Assembly (NCBI RefSeq): GCF_022045235.1
Contig: NW_027266268.1
Coordinates: 12,648,001-12,712,000 of the forward strand
Origin: Haliotis cracherodii
Taxonomy: Eukaryota
Reading direction: 5' to 3'
Length of the DNA: 64,000 nucleotides
Of the stretch, positions 1-10,300 are shown piece after piece; within the stretch, counting starts at the first letter, position 1; the number at the start of each line of letters is the position of its first letter. Under the pieces are notes generated by a model. That model made no database searches, was not told the origin of the DNA, and was given only the letters and a program-made list of their open reading frames with translations. The position numbers and the translations under genes were made by a program.

Positions 1-212
1 TCTGAGGCCTGATATGGTGAGGCTAGTGCATATGTTTGATTCACTATATCTCTATCATTATGCAAGAAATTGACTTGAAACTTGGCACATATATTCATAG
101 TAAGTGTTGAAATCTGTGTACATGTGTTTTCAGGTTGAAATATTTTTATATTTTTTTTAACGATTTTGTGTACTTTTTCGAACGTGCGATTTTATGCATG
201 TTGTTGAAATGA

Positions 213-710
213 GTGAATGCTAGCATCATAATAAGTCACATGAGTTCCAATATGGTAGAATCATGTATCACTACACCTGTCGTGCCTCGTTTGCACTTGG
301 ACAATATTAATATGGCCAACATCGAAGCCTTTTTTAAGAAATACAGAGAAATATTTGCTCGGCATTCAGCCAAAAGTGACCAACATGGCACGTGTCAAAA
401 CGGCCCATGTCACATCTGGTCAAGGGCATGTAAGCCCAGTGGATATGGGGTTTTGAGATACTATTGCCCCATATCCAACAAGTGGCGCACCGTAAATGCC
501 CATAGACTCAGCTACATCGTGCATAGGGAAGATTTCGACATAGGTGATTTGGACATCAGCCGTTTGTGCCATAATTCCAAATGCACCTATGTCGAACATC
601 TTTCTGCTGAGCCTCATAGCATTAATGCAGACAGAATAGCCTGTGTCAACAGGGATGCATGCAAAGGCCATGCGCCATATGCAGATTGCCTTTTGGCTTT
701 GAAGCTGTGA
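213..710 (+). CDS. His-Me finger / His-Cys box homing-endonuclease-like protein (first ATG at 240); predicted catalytic His replaced by Arg
   Basis: Motifs CHIW...GYG...AHRLSY. The segment SRLCHNSKCTYVEHLSAEPHSINADRIAC aligns without gaps to the I-PpoI core [29 protein letters not shown]. A C-terminal C..C.GH.P..C Zn site is present. Confidence 0.88.
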   Translation: MNASIIISHMSSNMVESCITTPVVPRLHLDNINMANIEAFFKKYREIFARHSAKSDQHGTCQNGPCHIWSRACKPSGYGVLRYYCPISNKWRTVNAHRLSYIVHREDFDIGDLDISRLCHNSKCTYVEHLSAEPHSINADRIACVNRDACKGHAPYADCLLALKL

Positions 711-903
711 AAAGAGACAACAACAAGCAAAGTAAATTATTAAGATTTTATTCATTAACTGATGTTCAGCACAGTGACAGCTGATTGTTAGCATTGCATA
801 TACAAAAAACATAGCTGTACAGCAACTGTTACCTATTTCAACTCAATTTTTTACACAAAGTCAGTCATAAGCTAGTCATTAGCTACAGTATTACTGCACA
901 TGT

Positions 904-2964
904 TCATTTCTTTGAATATGAATGGTCAGCTTGTTTGCTAAAACATGGCACAGGGTCAAGTTGACCCTTTTTGTAGTCCCCCCTCTGTTTGTCACTCAGT
1001 TTTGACTTTAAATGTTCACTAATTTTGCTCCCATGCTGTACAAGCTTTCTTTTCACAACACTGGGGCTTTTCTGGTATTCCTTGTGATAGGCAGCTTCCT
1101 TGTCCATTTGTTCAAGTGACCGCACTGCTCGACTTGATAGTTCAACACCAGAGTTTTGGCACTTGTCGATTGCTGATGTCCCGGGGCCATTGTTGAGCCT
1201 ATGAATAGTCGATGAAGCCCTCCCGATCATATTTCTTGAAAAGTTCACGTTCTTTGGCAAAGAAATACTCATTGATCGGTTCACGGCTTCACATTTCTGT
1301 GTGTCTGTGTACAGTTTCATTTGTTCGACAACTTCAACACTCAGCTTCATCTTGAGAATTTCATTCAGCAAGTGTTTATCATTGTCATCCATATTGAAAT
1401 GAGTGATTTTGTTGCAGCCGAGGAACATGGACCACTGCCACCAGCTGTTTGTTACACCGCCTCGACACACAACAGAGTACCGGGCACACCTGGAGCAGTC
1501 GCCGCTGTAGCACTTAAGGGTTGCTTCGAGCACTCTAGGTAAGATACTACGAAGTGCTTTCATGTCGCCTGCATGATCCTTCATGAGTTCTTTCAGTATC
1601 AGGCTGCACCGTGCCTTTACATCTTGACTTAGCACCTTCTTAGCCTCCAATTTCTGTGTTCGAGTAGTGCCGGGGAACATATCTGGGTTGAAATCAGCTC
1701 TGTAGCATTGCCGAAACTGTCCTTGAGCCAAGTGGGTGGGATCAGCTAGCCTCTGCACCTTCCACATAGGGTCTAACACTTTCAGAGCTTGGTCTATTCC
1801 TTCTGCAGACTTAGAATCCCCATCGGTAGTAGCATACTTAATGAGCACACCCTGTAGCGCAAGCTGATTTCCAATGTCCTCTCCCATATTGAACTCGGAG
1901 AACGGAGCGAAGGCCGACATGTTTGCTGTACAGTCTGGGTGCCCCCCTGGACACTTCACATCCATTCCTTTTCCTTTCAGCCAAGCACCAGTCCAGCACA
2001 GCTTATTCTGGAATGACGCGCCGATGATGAACTTCTTATCGGTAACAGTTTCGCAGGCTATGCCGATTGCTTGTGATGCATTCTGCCCTGGCTTCTTCCT
2101 GCTTGCTATTGTCGTTGAGTTGTATCGGCCATCCATGGCAATATTCATCTCGCATGGCTCAGTACCCCTCTTCCGATTAACTTCCTTTACCAATTCAACT
2201 TTTTCAGCCATATCCTGTGTATTCAGTTCAGTAACAGCAATAGCCACCTTGTTAGAGGTCCTCTGCATACTGCTCCTGCATGGGGGCGGAATGTCCATGT
2301 TTGCTATCAGTAACCTGGCTCTTGTGTTTCCAATAGGGGTGTCTTGAAGACCCAAGGCAAGTCCTACGTTAGGGGCTGCTGGGTTTGGTCCAGGTTTGCC
2401 TGTCTTGATTTCTTTATACAGCTTCATTTCAGGTGCTGTGAAGTCACATACAACACATTTCAGTGTCACTTTCCAGCATGCTCCCCATTTTCTCTCCTTG
2501 GCTATCTGCAGCTGAGGGTCGTCGCAGTCAGTGGATGTCGAACGATGCAGTCGCAGAGCTGTGTTCCATGCTTCGGCCACCTTTTCATTGTCAACTAGTC
2601 GCATACCCTCCAAGTCATCTTTGCTTGACTCTTGTTTCAGGTCTTGCATGCTGGCCGCAGTAGGCCGCAACAGCCTCACAGAGGTAGAGATGCCCTCACA
2701 GTCAGGTGTCGACAGCCCAGTGCCATCCAGCCTAGACTTGGTAACCAGTGAGAAGTCTTCAGCACTCATCCTAGTGACAGTCCTGGGTATCTGGGGTGGA
2801 GAGTCACTTTCTGTCTCTTCAGACTCAAGGGTGAGACCTTTGTTCCAGGGAGTGTGGCCCTTGCTGAACTGTGACTTGATTCTCTTGCGATCACCTTTCA
2901 TCGTGATTGTCTCGGACAGAACTAATGTGCTCTGAGCACAAGATGTACCTATATACCCCATCAC
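904..2964 (-). CDS. DDD/E transposase (Kolobok/Mutator-like); first ATGs at 2961 and 2901
   Basis: 686-aa uninterrupted ORF. Candidate catalytic residues lie in NIAMDGRY, YATTDGDS, RLADPTHL and TQKCEAVN. Cys clusters (CDDP..KCVVC, CSRC) are present, and a minus-strand AATAAA lies at 747-752 after the stop. Confidence 0.88.
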   Translation of the reverse strand: MMGYIGTSCAQSTLVLSETITMKGDRKRIKSQFSKGHTPWNKGLTLESEETESDSPPQIPRTVTRMSAEDFSLVTKSRLDGTGLSTPDCEGISTSVRLLRPTAASMQDLKQESSKDDLEGMRLVDNEKVAEAWNTALRLHRSTSTDCDDPQLQIAKERKWGACWKVTLKCVVCDFTAPEMKLYKEIKTGKPGPNPAAPNVGLALGLQDTPIGNTRARLLIANMDIPPPCRSSMQRTSNKVAIAVTELNTQDMAEKVELVKEVNRKRGTEPCEMNIAMDGRYNSTTIASRKKPGQNASQAIGIACETVTDKKFIIGASFQNKLCWTGAWLKGKGMDVKCPGGHPDCTANMSAFAPFSEFNMGEDIGNQLALQGVLIKYATTDGDSKSAEGIDQALKVLDPMWKVQRLADPTHLAQGQFRQCYRADFNPDMFPGTTRTQKLEAKKVLSQDVKARCSLILKELMKDHAGDMKALRSILPRVLEATLKCYSGDCSRCARYSVVCRGGVTNSWWQWSMFLGCNKITHFNMDDNDKHLLNEILKMKLSVEVVEQMKLYTDTQKCEAVNRSMSISLPKNVNFSRNMIGRASSTIHRLNNGPGTSAIDKCQNSGVELSSRAVRSLEQMDKEAAYHKEYQKSPSVVKRKLVQHGSKISEHLKSKLSDKQRGDYKKGQLDPVPCFSKQADHSYSKK

Positions 2965-3622
2965 TGTGTAATGTCAATGGCAATGACAAGCGTGTAAATG
3001 TATTAGAAACTCTCGAGACATACATATGTCTTGTGCCAGCAGTCCAAATTGCAGTTGAGCTGTACACGCAGTTTGACACCTTGTCGTGTATTGGCCTAGT
3101 GTCAGCTGAGAGTGGTCACACCTGGTGACTCGCTGCACTTGATTGGCTGTACACAGCTACCTGTCCCACCAATCATTTTAATGAGTAAAGACAGGGCTTT
3201 CATGTGAATAAAAATTTAACAGTTTCAATTTTCATTTTTGTTGAAAAATATGAACTTTAATTCAATTTTTTTGTTAAAAAATGCATGCATGTACCTTAAA
3301 ATAGGCCCCAAAAAAAGGAATTGATATACCGGACTGAAATTGATGTCTGTTGATAGTATATGTAATGACGAGACAGGAACACTTGCTTGTTTTGTCCATT
3401 TCCTTTTGGTTATGGAGTTATGGACAAATTAGAATTGCATTTGAAATGAATTCATGCCAAAAATGTACTCTCAAGTGCTATGGATGCAGCATGATTTCAA
3501 ATGACTATAAGTCAAGCTGTGTATGAGTTAGGGATTCCAAATTTTCTGTGAGCCTTCAACAGTGTATGGGCTTAGTATTGATGAAGTTTTATTTGAATTG
3601 CATACTTTTTCCTGTCCTGATA

Positions 3623-4072
3623 GGCCTCAGACCACAGTTATCCCCCCTAAGTTTTACCATGAACCGGAAGGAAAATAGGAGAATATAGTACCCTGTTTAA
3701 ATGGGCTGTTCAGCCTGTGGCAATTTTTTTGGAGTGACTTGTGATAGCTTAAATGAAAGATAAGACAATGTAGTTTGCTGTCAACTTTTTGTAAGCCCCA
3801 ATCTGTGAAGGTATTGATTCCAGCTTCCCATGATTTGACCCCAAGTTGAAGGCCGTTGTGTGTGTTTCGGCTCGAAACTTCCGGTGAGCATTGTTGACAG
3901 TGGTTACTGCGAAAGCGAGATGGTGAATGCTGGCCGAAACTTTGCATGTTAAGTGACAAGTGGCAGGTTGGTCAGCATGCAACAGGAGAACAGCCTACGA
4001 CTGATAATAATTATGGTGGGCTGTCATGTCACTGTAGATAGCAAAGAAGGAAATTAATTGTGGTCTGAGGCC
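3623..4072. repeat. Long terminal direct repeat (450 bp) of the transposon, itself bounded by inverted repeats
   Basis: GGCCTCAGACCACA(GTTA) at 3623-3640 and (TAAT)TGTGGTCTGAGGCC at 4055-4072 give a 14-bp perfect, 17/18 extended inverted repeat. The same right terminus appears at window positions 1-9. Confidence 0.85.
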
Positions 4073-4300
4073 AGATACACATGAACCCAAGTAAAGAAGG
4101 TTTTTTTTTAAGAAGTTCACTCTTCTTGTTTATTCACTTTAAAAGTTGACACAGCAACTTACAACAGGTAATTGATACAGTCTCACTTTTAAAAGTAATC
4201 AAAGTTTATTTAATTTCACTGAAGGCATGAACAATTGTGAAACTAAACTGAATTCATTCTGTTGGAGAACAGCCCCACTTCCTCTCTCATATCAATATGT

Positions 4301-4540
4301 TGGTTGGTTGGTTTGCTGTTTAATGCCGCACTCAGCAATATTCCAGCTATATGACGGCGGTCTGTAAATAATCGAGTCTGGACCAGACAATCCAGTGATT
4401 GATATCATGAACATCGATCCACGCAATTGGAATCGATGACATGCATCAACCAAGTCAGCGAGCTTGACCACCCGATCCCGACCTTTTACGGCAAGCATGG
4501 GTTGCTGAAGACCTATTCTAACCGGGAATCTTCACTGGTC
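4301..4540 (-). mobile_element. SINE-like repeat family 2 (GACCCGTGAAGAT... head, GCTGGAATATTGCTGAG..(AAAC)n tail); absent from the duplicated copy
   Basis: Homologous copies occur at ~5326-5470, 8908-9040, 19135-19381, 30818-31075, 35523-35885, 44401-44555, 48625-48760 and 59180-59426. The homologous site at ~43610 is empty. Confidence 0.75.
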
Positions 4541-4656
4541 TATTTGTATTTAAAATCCCATTCACGTCGTCTTGTGTATTGACTGAGTGAGTCGGCCAAC
4601 TTGACCAGCATTTTGTAATGTCACAGCGTGTCCTTAGTTTTGTATGGGGACATTAC

Positions 4657-4834
4657 CTTGTGTCACACCATGTTCCTCTGTTGGATGACACTGTTTGCAA
4701 TTGTTGGTGATGTAGTTGATGTTGGTGATGTTGGTGATGTGGCAGTTGCTATAATAGATGTTGTTGTTTTCGCCGACCTGCATTCCCCCCTGTTGTGTGT
4801 CCATCACTAACGTTGTCGACGGTCTGAGGGCCAT
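4657..4834 (-). CDS. First coding exon of RHIM-like-motif protein, copy A (downstream exons not in window)
   Basis: Translates MALRPSTTLVMDTQQGGMQVGENNNIYYSNCHITNITNINYITNN. AG acceptor at 4838-4837 and GTAATG donor at 4656. Paralogous to 43893-43725. Confidence 0.65.
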
Positions 4835-5015
4835 GACTCTGATAAGAAATATTCAAAAATAAGCCGAACATTCCTGCATAGTAACTGTAAACTATTTACA
4901 CATAAGTTCAGGCACCTGATGCATGCTCGTCGCCGATCTGTTCTATGACCCTAAACTATTTATACACAGTGGCGCCATCAACAAGTATACTCTTTTAGAG
5001 AAACATATTTGAAAA

Positions 5016-5175
5016 TGTTACAATCCAGGTTGTAATCGACAGTCAGGTGACCGCGAGCGGTTATATTTAGCAGTGATCTTGGTCAAAAGCGCTTAAAATA
5101 TTACATGTGCGTACTTTTCTTTCAATTCGTGTTGGGCACGCGCTGCTAAATATAGTCGCTTGCAATCACCTCAGT
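5016..5175. mobile_element. Small foldback/MITE-like element (more complete at 44076-44248)
   Basis: GGTGACCGCGAGCGGTTATATTTAGCAG is inverted relative to CTGCTAAATATAGTCGCTTGCAATCACC. Copy B also retains TGTTACAAT...ATTGTAACA ends. Confidence 0.5.
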
Positions 5176-5888
5176 GATCAAAACTCAGTTTATTATTTGG
5201 AAAATGGAGATTACTGTTAGTAATAATCATCATAGGCGAAATGTCTCGTTTTCACTTTATAAGTATAAGCACACAAGCAGCTGTCTTTGTTAATGAATCA
5301 TCGCGTTATATCGTGATTCTATTTCGACCCGTGAAGATCCGGGGTAGAATAGGTCTTCAGCAACCCATGCTTAAAAGGCGACGATGCTTGCGGTAAGAAT
5401 CGACTAACAGGATCGGGTTGTCAGGCTCGCTGACTTGGTTGATGCATGTCATGGTATCCCAATTGCGTGAAGTTTGCGCCTCTATGTTCATTACTATGGG
5501 TATCGAGGTTAAGCTTCACCCGAAGGCCATCCCAGTTCCCCTTTAATTAGTGAATGTAAGAGCTACATGACTGAGTTATCTCCCTTACACAATTCAATTT
5601 CTGTATGTAGACAGCTTGTATTAATTTCTAGGACAAAGACATTTTTCAATAGGATCAAATTCTCGTCTAAAATACAAATAAGGTAAACCAATAACGTCGG
5701 TCATGGAATATAAACAAGAAGAATATAGACGACTGGGCCACCCGCGCCCCCGAGTGTTCACGAGTTGGTGCTGCATTACCACACAAAGGGTATAACCTAC
5801 CGACATGCATTTCACATCGACAGTTTATCATTTACTCAGTGTTCCTGTTTTGTGAAATGTATGATAATGTTGGTGTTCTTTCAGAGTA

Positions 5889-6050
5889 GGGGCGGTCAGG
5901 TAGCCTAGTGCTTAAAGCATTCGCTCGCCACGCCGAAGACCCGGGTTCGATTCCCGACATGGGTACAATGTGTGAAGTCCATTTCTGGTGTCCCCCGCCA
6001 TGATATTGCTGGAATATTGCTAAAAGCGGCGTACAACCATACTCACTCAC
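5889..6050 (+). mobile_element. tRNA-derived SINE, family 1
   Basis: A box (TAGCCTAGTG) and B box (GGTTCGATTCC), a non-tRNA body and an (ACTC)n tail. Other copies lie at ~6980-7143(-), 7754-7908(-), 11854-11980(-), 39770-39938(-), 45615-45778(+), 46683-46850(-), 47453-47608(-) and 51688-51812(-). Confidence 0.85.
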
Positions 6051-8400
6051 GCACTCCTTCAGGGTAAGACTATTGACCTCCAGCTACCCGTGCCTGTGGT
6101 AAGAGGCGGCTAGGTTCATCTGGTGGTCAGGTTCGATGACTCTTATTTTCATCGAACTCCCATGTGCACCAACACTTGTATTTGATGGCGTTCCCATGAT
6201 AGATATTCATTATGAATTTGATGCTAGAACTCATGTTCGAATCTCAGATATTTCCATTCCTTATACATGTATGTGTTTTTATAAATAGACACGTTTAATC
6301 AGAATATTTCTTGCTTTCATTCTTTTCAACCTCGACCCCTCGCTCAATGATGGAGCCCGTTACTTCAAGGTCCTAACACAGTGCCTCCGTATAACATCAA
6401 AATAAAGGTCAGTGATATTGGGATGTTAAGCAGAATGCATGATAAACAATGTGTTACTTTTGTATCAATCAGTATTTAGAAAAATAAAAGTAGAAACAAT
6501 TAATTACTTTTGTGTCAATACTCATGTCAATACTCATGTCAATGCTGATCAGGAAGAACAGTTGTCCACAACACAGCAATTGGCAGTGTAGAGTTGCCTC
6601 CCTTATACTTGGAAGTAAACCTGTGATCGAGTCACTTCGGTCTTTCCTCACACATTGTAAGCTGATAGGCCGTGATATGACTGACTGTGGACAGCTGCGT
6701 TGAACCAAATTTCACTCACTCACTCACTTCTTTATACAATAGACTTTACATCATGAAATTTGGATTGGGTTTAATAAGTTTCATAGTTAGTCTTCGTTCT
6801 TATATGAACTATATAGTGGGAGTCTATCACATTATGTGTATTCAATAATGCCAGGGTATATCACAGAACGACTCGGCAGTGTCCGACAGGTAGGTACCGT
6901 TGTATACCTTCAAGGGAGATGAGAATGTCAGTTTAAAATTTCACTACTCCACTGAAGGGGTCATGATGTCATGCGCCTTGAGTAAGTGAGTGAGTATAGT
7001 TTTACGCTGCTTTTAACACTTTTCAGCAATATCACGGCGTGAGAAGCCAAAAAGGGGCTTCACTCATTGTACCTTGGTCGGGATTCGAACCTGTGCCTTC
7101 GTTGTGAGGAGTGAACGCTTTAACTACAAGGCTACCCCACCACCAACTTTCATACGCTTTAAACACGACCCCTCTATGCCTTGGAGTTTTTCGCCTTATA
7201 TCTTATATTCTATTCATCATTATATCCAGGGAGATAGGAATAGGTTTAACACAAGCATGAAGTCTCATGTCAAGAAAGTGTGAACAATACTTACACCGGT
7301 ACGTACCCCATGTATTTCTAAGACGACACTGAATGCAGATACTGGAATTATAAATGTCTCAGATTGATAAGGCGACATGTCAAATGTCTTTGTATGAACG
7401 GGTGTTGGGTCATATCCTACTGTCTGACTTCCTACTTAAAGCAATGTATTAAAGTGAATGGAACGGACAAACCAGTGACTGAAAGGACGTGCAAAGCTCC
7501 ACGTCATCGGGGCACAAAGACACTCAATGAATCAAGTCACAGAGCCTGACCACCCTATCCATGTAAGTGGACTCGTCCGACATGAATAGGATACGGGGAC
7601 AGTGTTTCTCAACATTCCAACAGGACGAAACTTTGAAGATTGTGTGGAAAATTAAAACTTATCTCAGATAAGAGTTTAGTAGCTGCTATCACTATTTAAA
7701 TAAACACAGACAGACAGACATACACATACACGCACGTGCCTCCAAACAAGATAGTGAGTGAGTGAGTATGGTTTTACGCCGATTTTAGCAATATTCCAGC
7801 AATATCACGGCGGGGGACACCAGAAATGGGCTTCACACAATGTACCTATGCCGGGAATCGAACACGGATGAGCGAACGCTTTAACCACTAGGCTACCTGA
7901 CCGCCCCGCATCCATACACATCCATACATACCGACATACATATAAATAATAATGTATGCCGAGGCGTGTAAATGTTCGGCAGTGTGTACCTGCCTTCGTA
8001 TGTTAGGACTCAATATTGACAACCCGCGAACCTAGAAGTGATATAAAGGTAAGTTATCTCCCTTTAGTTGAACAAACCATTATTTAGTCTATTTATAGAC
8101 ACAGCAAAGAACTATCTTTACAGCTTTCGTCATTTTAAGAAGGATCAAATACATGTTCGAAAAACACAGAAAACTAAAAAAACTGTACTTTTACACTGAG
8201 CACGGACATTTATATTATCATCGTCAAAGCATCAAACCACTGCGTCCATGTTATCGATGAAGACGAGGACAGACTCCCTACTCCCCTGTGGTTGACAACA
8301 TGTCGGCCTGGCGTTCCTGATATATGGTTACTTTTGCCGACCCTAGAAGACACAAGTTGCATACAGAGAGTACCATGACGCATAAGGATGATATTACTTA

Positions 8401-8534
8401 CTCGGTTGATGTAAATAAATGCAGACTCGTCACAGCAGCAACCCTATCTGTATTACCTGTATTTTTCACCTGGGAAATACGCAAGGGGGAATCCCCTACC
8501 TGATCACGTGATTCGTTTGCTGAGAAGCTATTGG
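8401..8534 (-). promoter_or_regulatory. Putative promoter/non-coding first-exon module: CCAAT, E-box, NF-kB site, splice donor
   Basis: ATTGG at 8530-8534, CACGTG at 8505-8510, GGGGAATCCCC at 8486-8496 and a minus-strand GA|GTAAGTA donor at 8401. The same motif order recurs at 10621-10752 and 12533-12659. Confidence 0.45.
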
Positions 8535-9085
8535 CACAAGTATCAGACAATGTATATTGCACACGACAAATGCATCCCAACAACAAGCAATGATGGTTAT
8601 TGATACAGAACGACGGCTGACTGTACAACTGATTTAGGGATATGATTTTGAATTGCCACCAGACGAGAATGTTACTAGCTCCAGTTATTTCCAATGCTTA
8701 CATATATTGCTCCATATTAGAGCCACCGAGCAGATTTGTTCGTATGATGCTCAAATTCTCAATTTCTTGAATATGAGCTGGGTAAGATTTTGATTGCTCT
8801 GCATCATGAAAGAAAATATTTTTAAAATCAGTTAATTGAAACACGGAACAGGCATGTTAAAAAAACATGTTATCTAAGAAAACGCTGGCCGTTAAGGCAC
8901 GCAAACACATGAAGATCAAGGCCTTCAGCAACCCATGCTTGTCGTAAGAGATAGCGAACGGGATTGATGCATGTCATCGTATCTGGTCTTGACTCGATTA
9001 TTTACAGACCGCCGTGCGGCATTAAACGACAACCAAACAGACATGTAAGCTCCTCACAGCGATAGTACGTTCCCAGTGCTCTCTT

Positions 9086-9520
9086 CACAGAGCTACAGAG
9101 TGTCCCATAGTGTTTTCCTAATAGATTCCTGATTCGGAGAATACTACACTAAGAACATTTACATAATGTACACGAATCGTTTTCAAAATGGTGTACTTAT
9201 ATTTATATAAAATGTAATTTATATAATCATTTAACAATTTTCTATGTACTTATCGGGTTGGAATCACCACGAGAGTACGGATTTTTGGCCGGGTAAAAAT
9301 TATCGGTCCAGTTTTCAGCTCGATAATTATTTTTTATTGTTCTGGCACGATCTAAAAAATATATATTCGTAGATGAATGCAGAGTGTCTTAGGAAGTGAA
9401 TCTTGCTGCATTTGTCGTTAGATCACGACGCATGCATTTTACTGAAGAATATTAAGTGCGATGCAGATTTGGGTCGGGGATCTATAAGGAAAACACTATG
9501 GGACAGCAAGTAGCTGTGTG
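9086..9520. mobile_element. MITE-like element, ~40-bp terminal inverted repeats (also ~48803-49238)
   Basis: TGTCCCATAGTGTTTTCCTAATAGAT is the reverse complement of ATCTATAAGGAAAACACTATGGGACA at 25/26 positions. Outer CACAGAGCTAC/GTAGCTGTGTG ends flank an AT-rich non-coding interior. Confidence 0.7.
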
Positions 9521-10126
9521 TGGCGAAAAGTCAATATCGTTTATAGGGAGCAGCACTGAGATGCGGTAACCACAGCTGTCTCGAACCCATCTGTTACACA
9601 AACAAACGTAAATTCATCTGGGAAATAGCAAGTCAAACGTAAAACTGTTTTCCGACTCTCTAGAATGGCATTCCCACACACATAAAAAATATCACTACAT
9701 AAGAGGTTAAAAGGAAAAGTTTCAAATGATTGTAATGGACAGTTGCACACTGGTGACATTGATGGTACCGGGAAGGTAACGAAGGTGTCACGAGCTGGGA
9801 AAGAGCTTGATACAAATTATTTTTATCTCACCTTACATTAAAATAATAGCTACTGATTGGTTGGGCTTATTATTTTGCATGTTGCCGGCTCGTGAAGCCC
9901 ACTGAGAAATCAATCGTAACGCATCTTAGGTAACTTGCTTATCTCGCATAAGTATCGTTGAGCTGAAATGAACCGATGTTTGTACGACTGCGTTGGGTAA
10001 AGGGAAGTAATTTGGTTCGTTTGTGTCGTTTGCAAGCTGTCAAAATGGCTGAATCAAAGCGTTTACTCAGTTAAACTTCGGACACATATTCCGGATCTGT
10101 ATGAATTAATATCGGTGAGATGAATT

Positions 10127-10300
10127 TGTTATCAAGCGATCCCTCGGGGCATATGGTGTGATGTACCTCGTGTGTGAGCCAATGTGTCTAGCGGCTTGGG
10201 TACATAAGCTCACACGCGGGGTACATCTTGGGGTACATAGTCTTACATATAATCACGCGCAGGTTAAATCACACCTATACCCCTCCAGATCGGTTGACAG
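10127..10300. mobile_element. Hairpin-rich foldback/MITE remnant (also ~49876-50050)
   Basis: GATGTACCTCGTGTGTGAGC is inverted relative to GCTCACACGCGGGGTACATC (18/20), with outer GGTGTGAT/ATCACACC arms. Confidence 0.5.

Larger units (their letters stand above)
1..4072 (-). mobile_element. KolobokP-type composite-like DNA transposon (DDD/E transposase + His-Me finger nuclease between long terminal direct repeats); left end lies outside the window
   Basis: The window opens with TCTGAGGCC, identical to the end of the 3623-4072 repeat (...TGTGGTCTGAGGCC). The interior carries two convergent ORFs with DDD/E and His-Cys-box motifs. This architecture matches the KolobokP group of Kolobok transposons described from molluscs and other invertebrates. 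Confidence 0.85.

Noticed and set aside
213-710. Group I intron-encoded homing endonuclease
   Set aside because: No rRNA or intron context; the gene lies within transposon termini.
1874-2935. Plus-strand ORFs within the transposase
   Set aside because: Antisense shadows of the long minus-strand ORF with no recognisable motifs.
3623-4072. Retrotransposon LTR
   Set aside because: No TG...CA ends and no gag/RT/integrase. The ends are 14-18-bp inverted repeats and the internal ORF is a cut-and-paste-type transposase.
5889-5960. tRNA gene
   Set aside because: A/B boxes continue into a conserved non-tRNA body and simple-repeat tail found in many diverged copies, so this is a SINE head.
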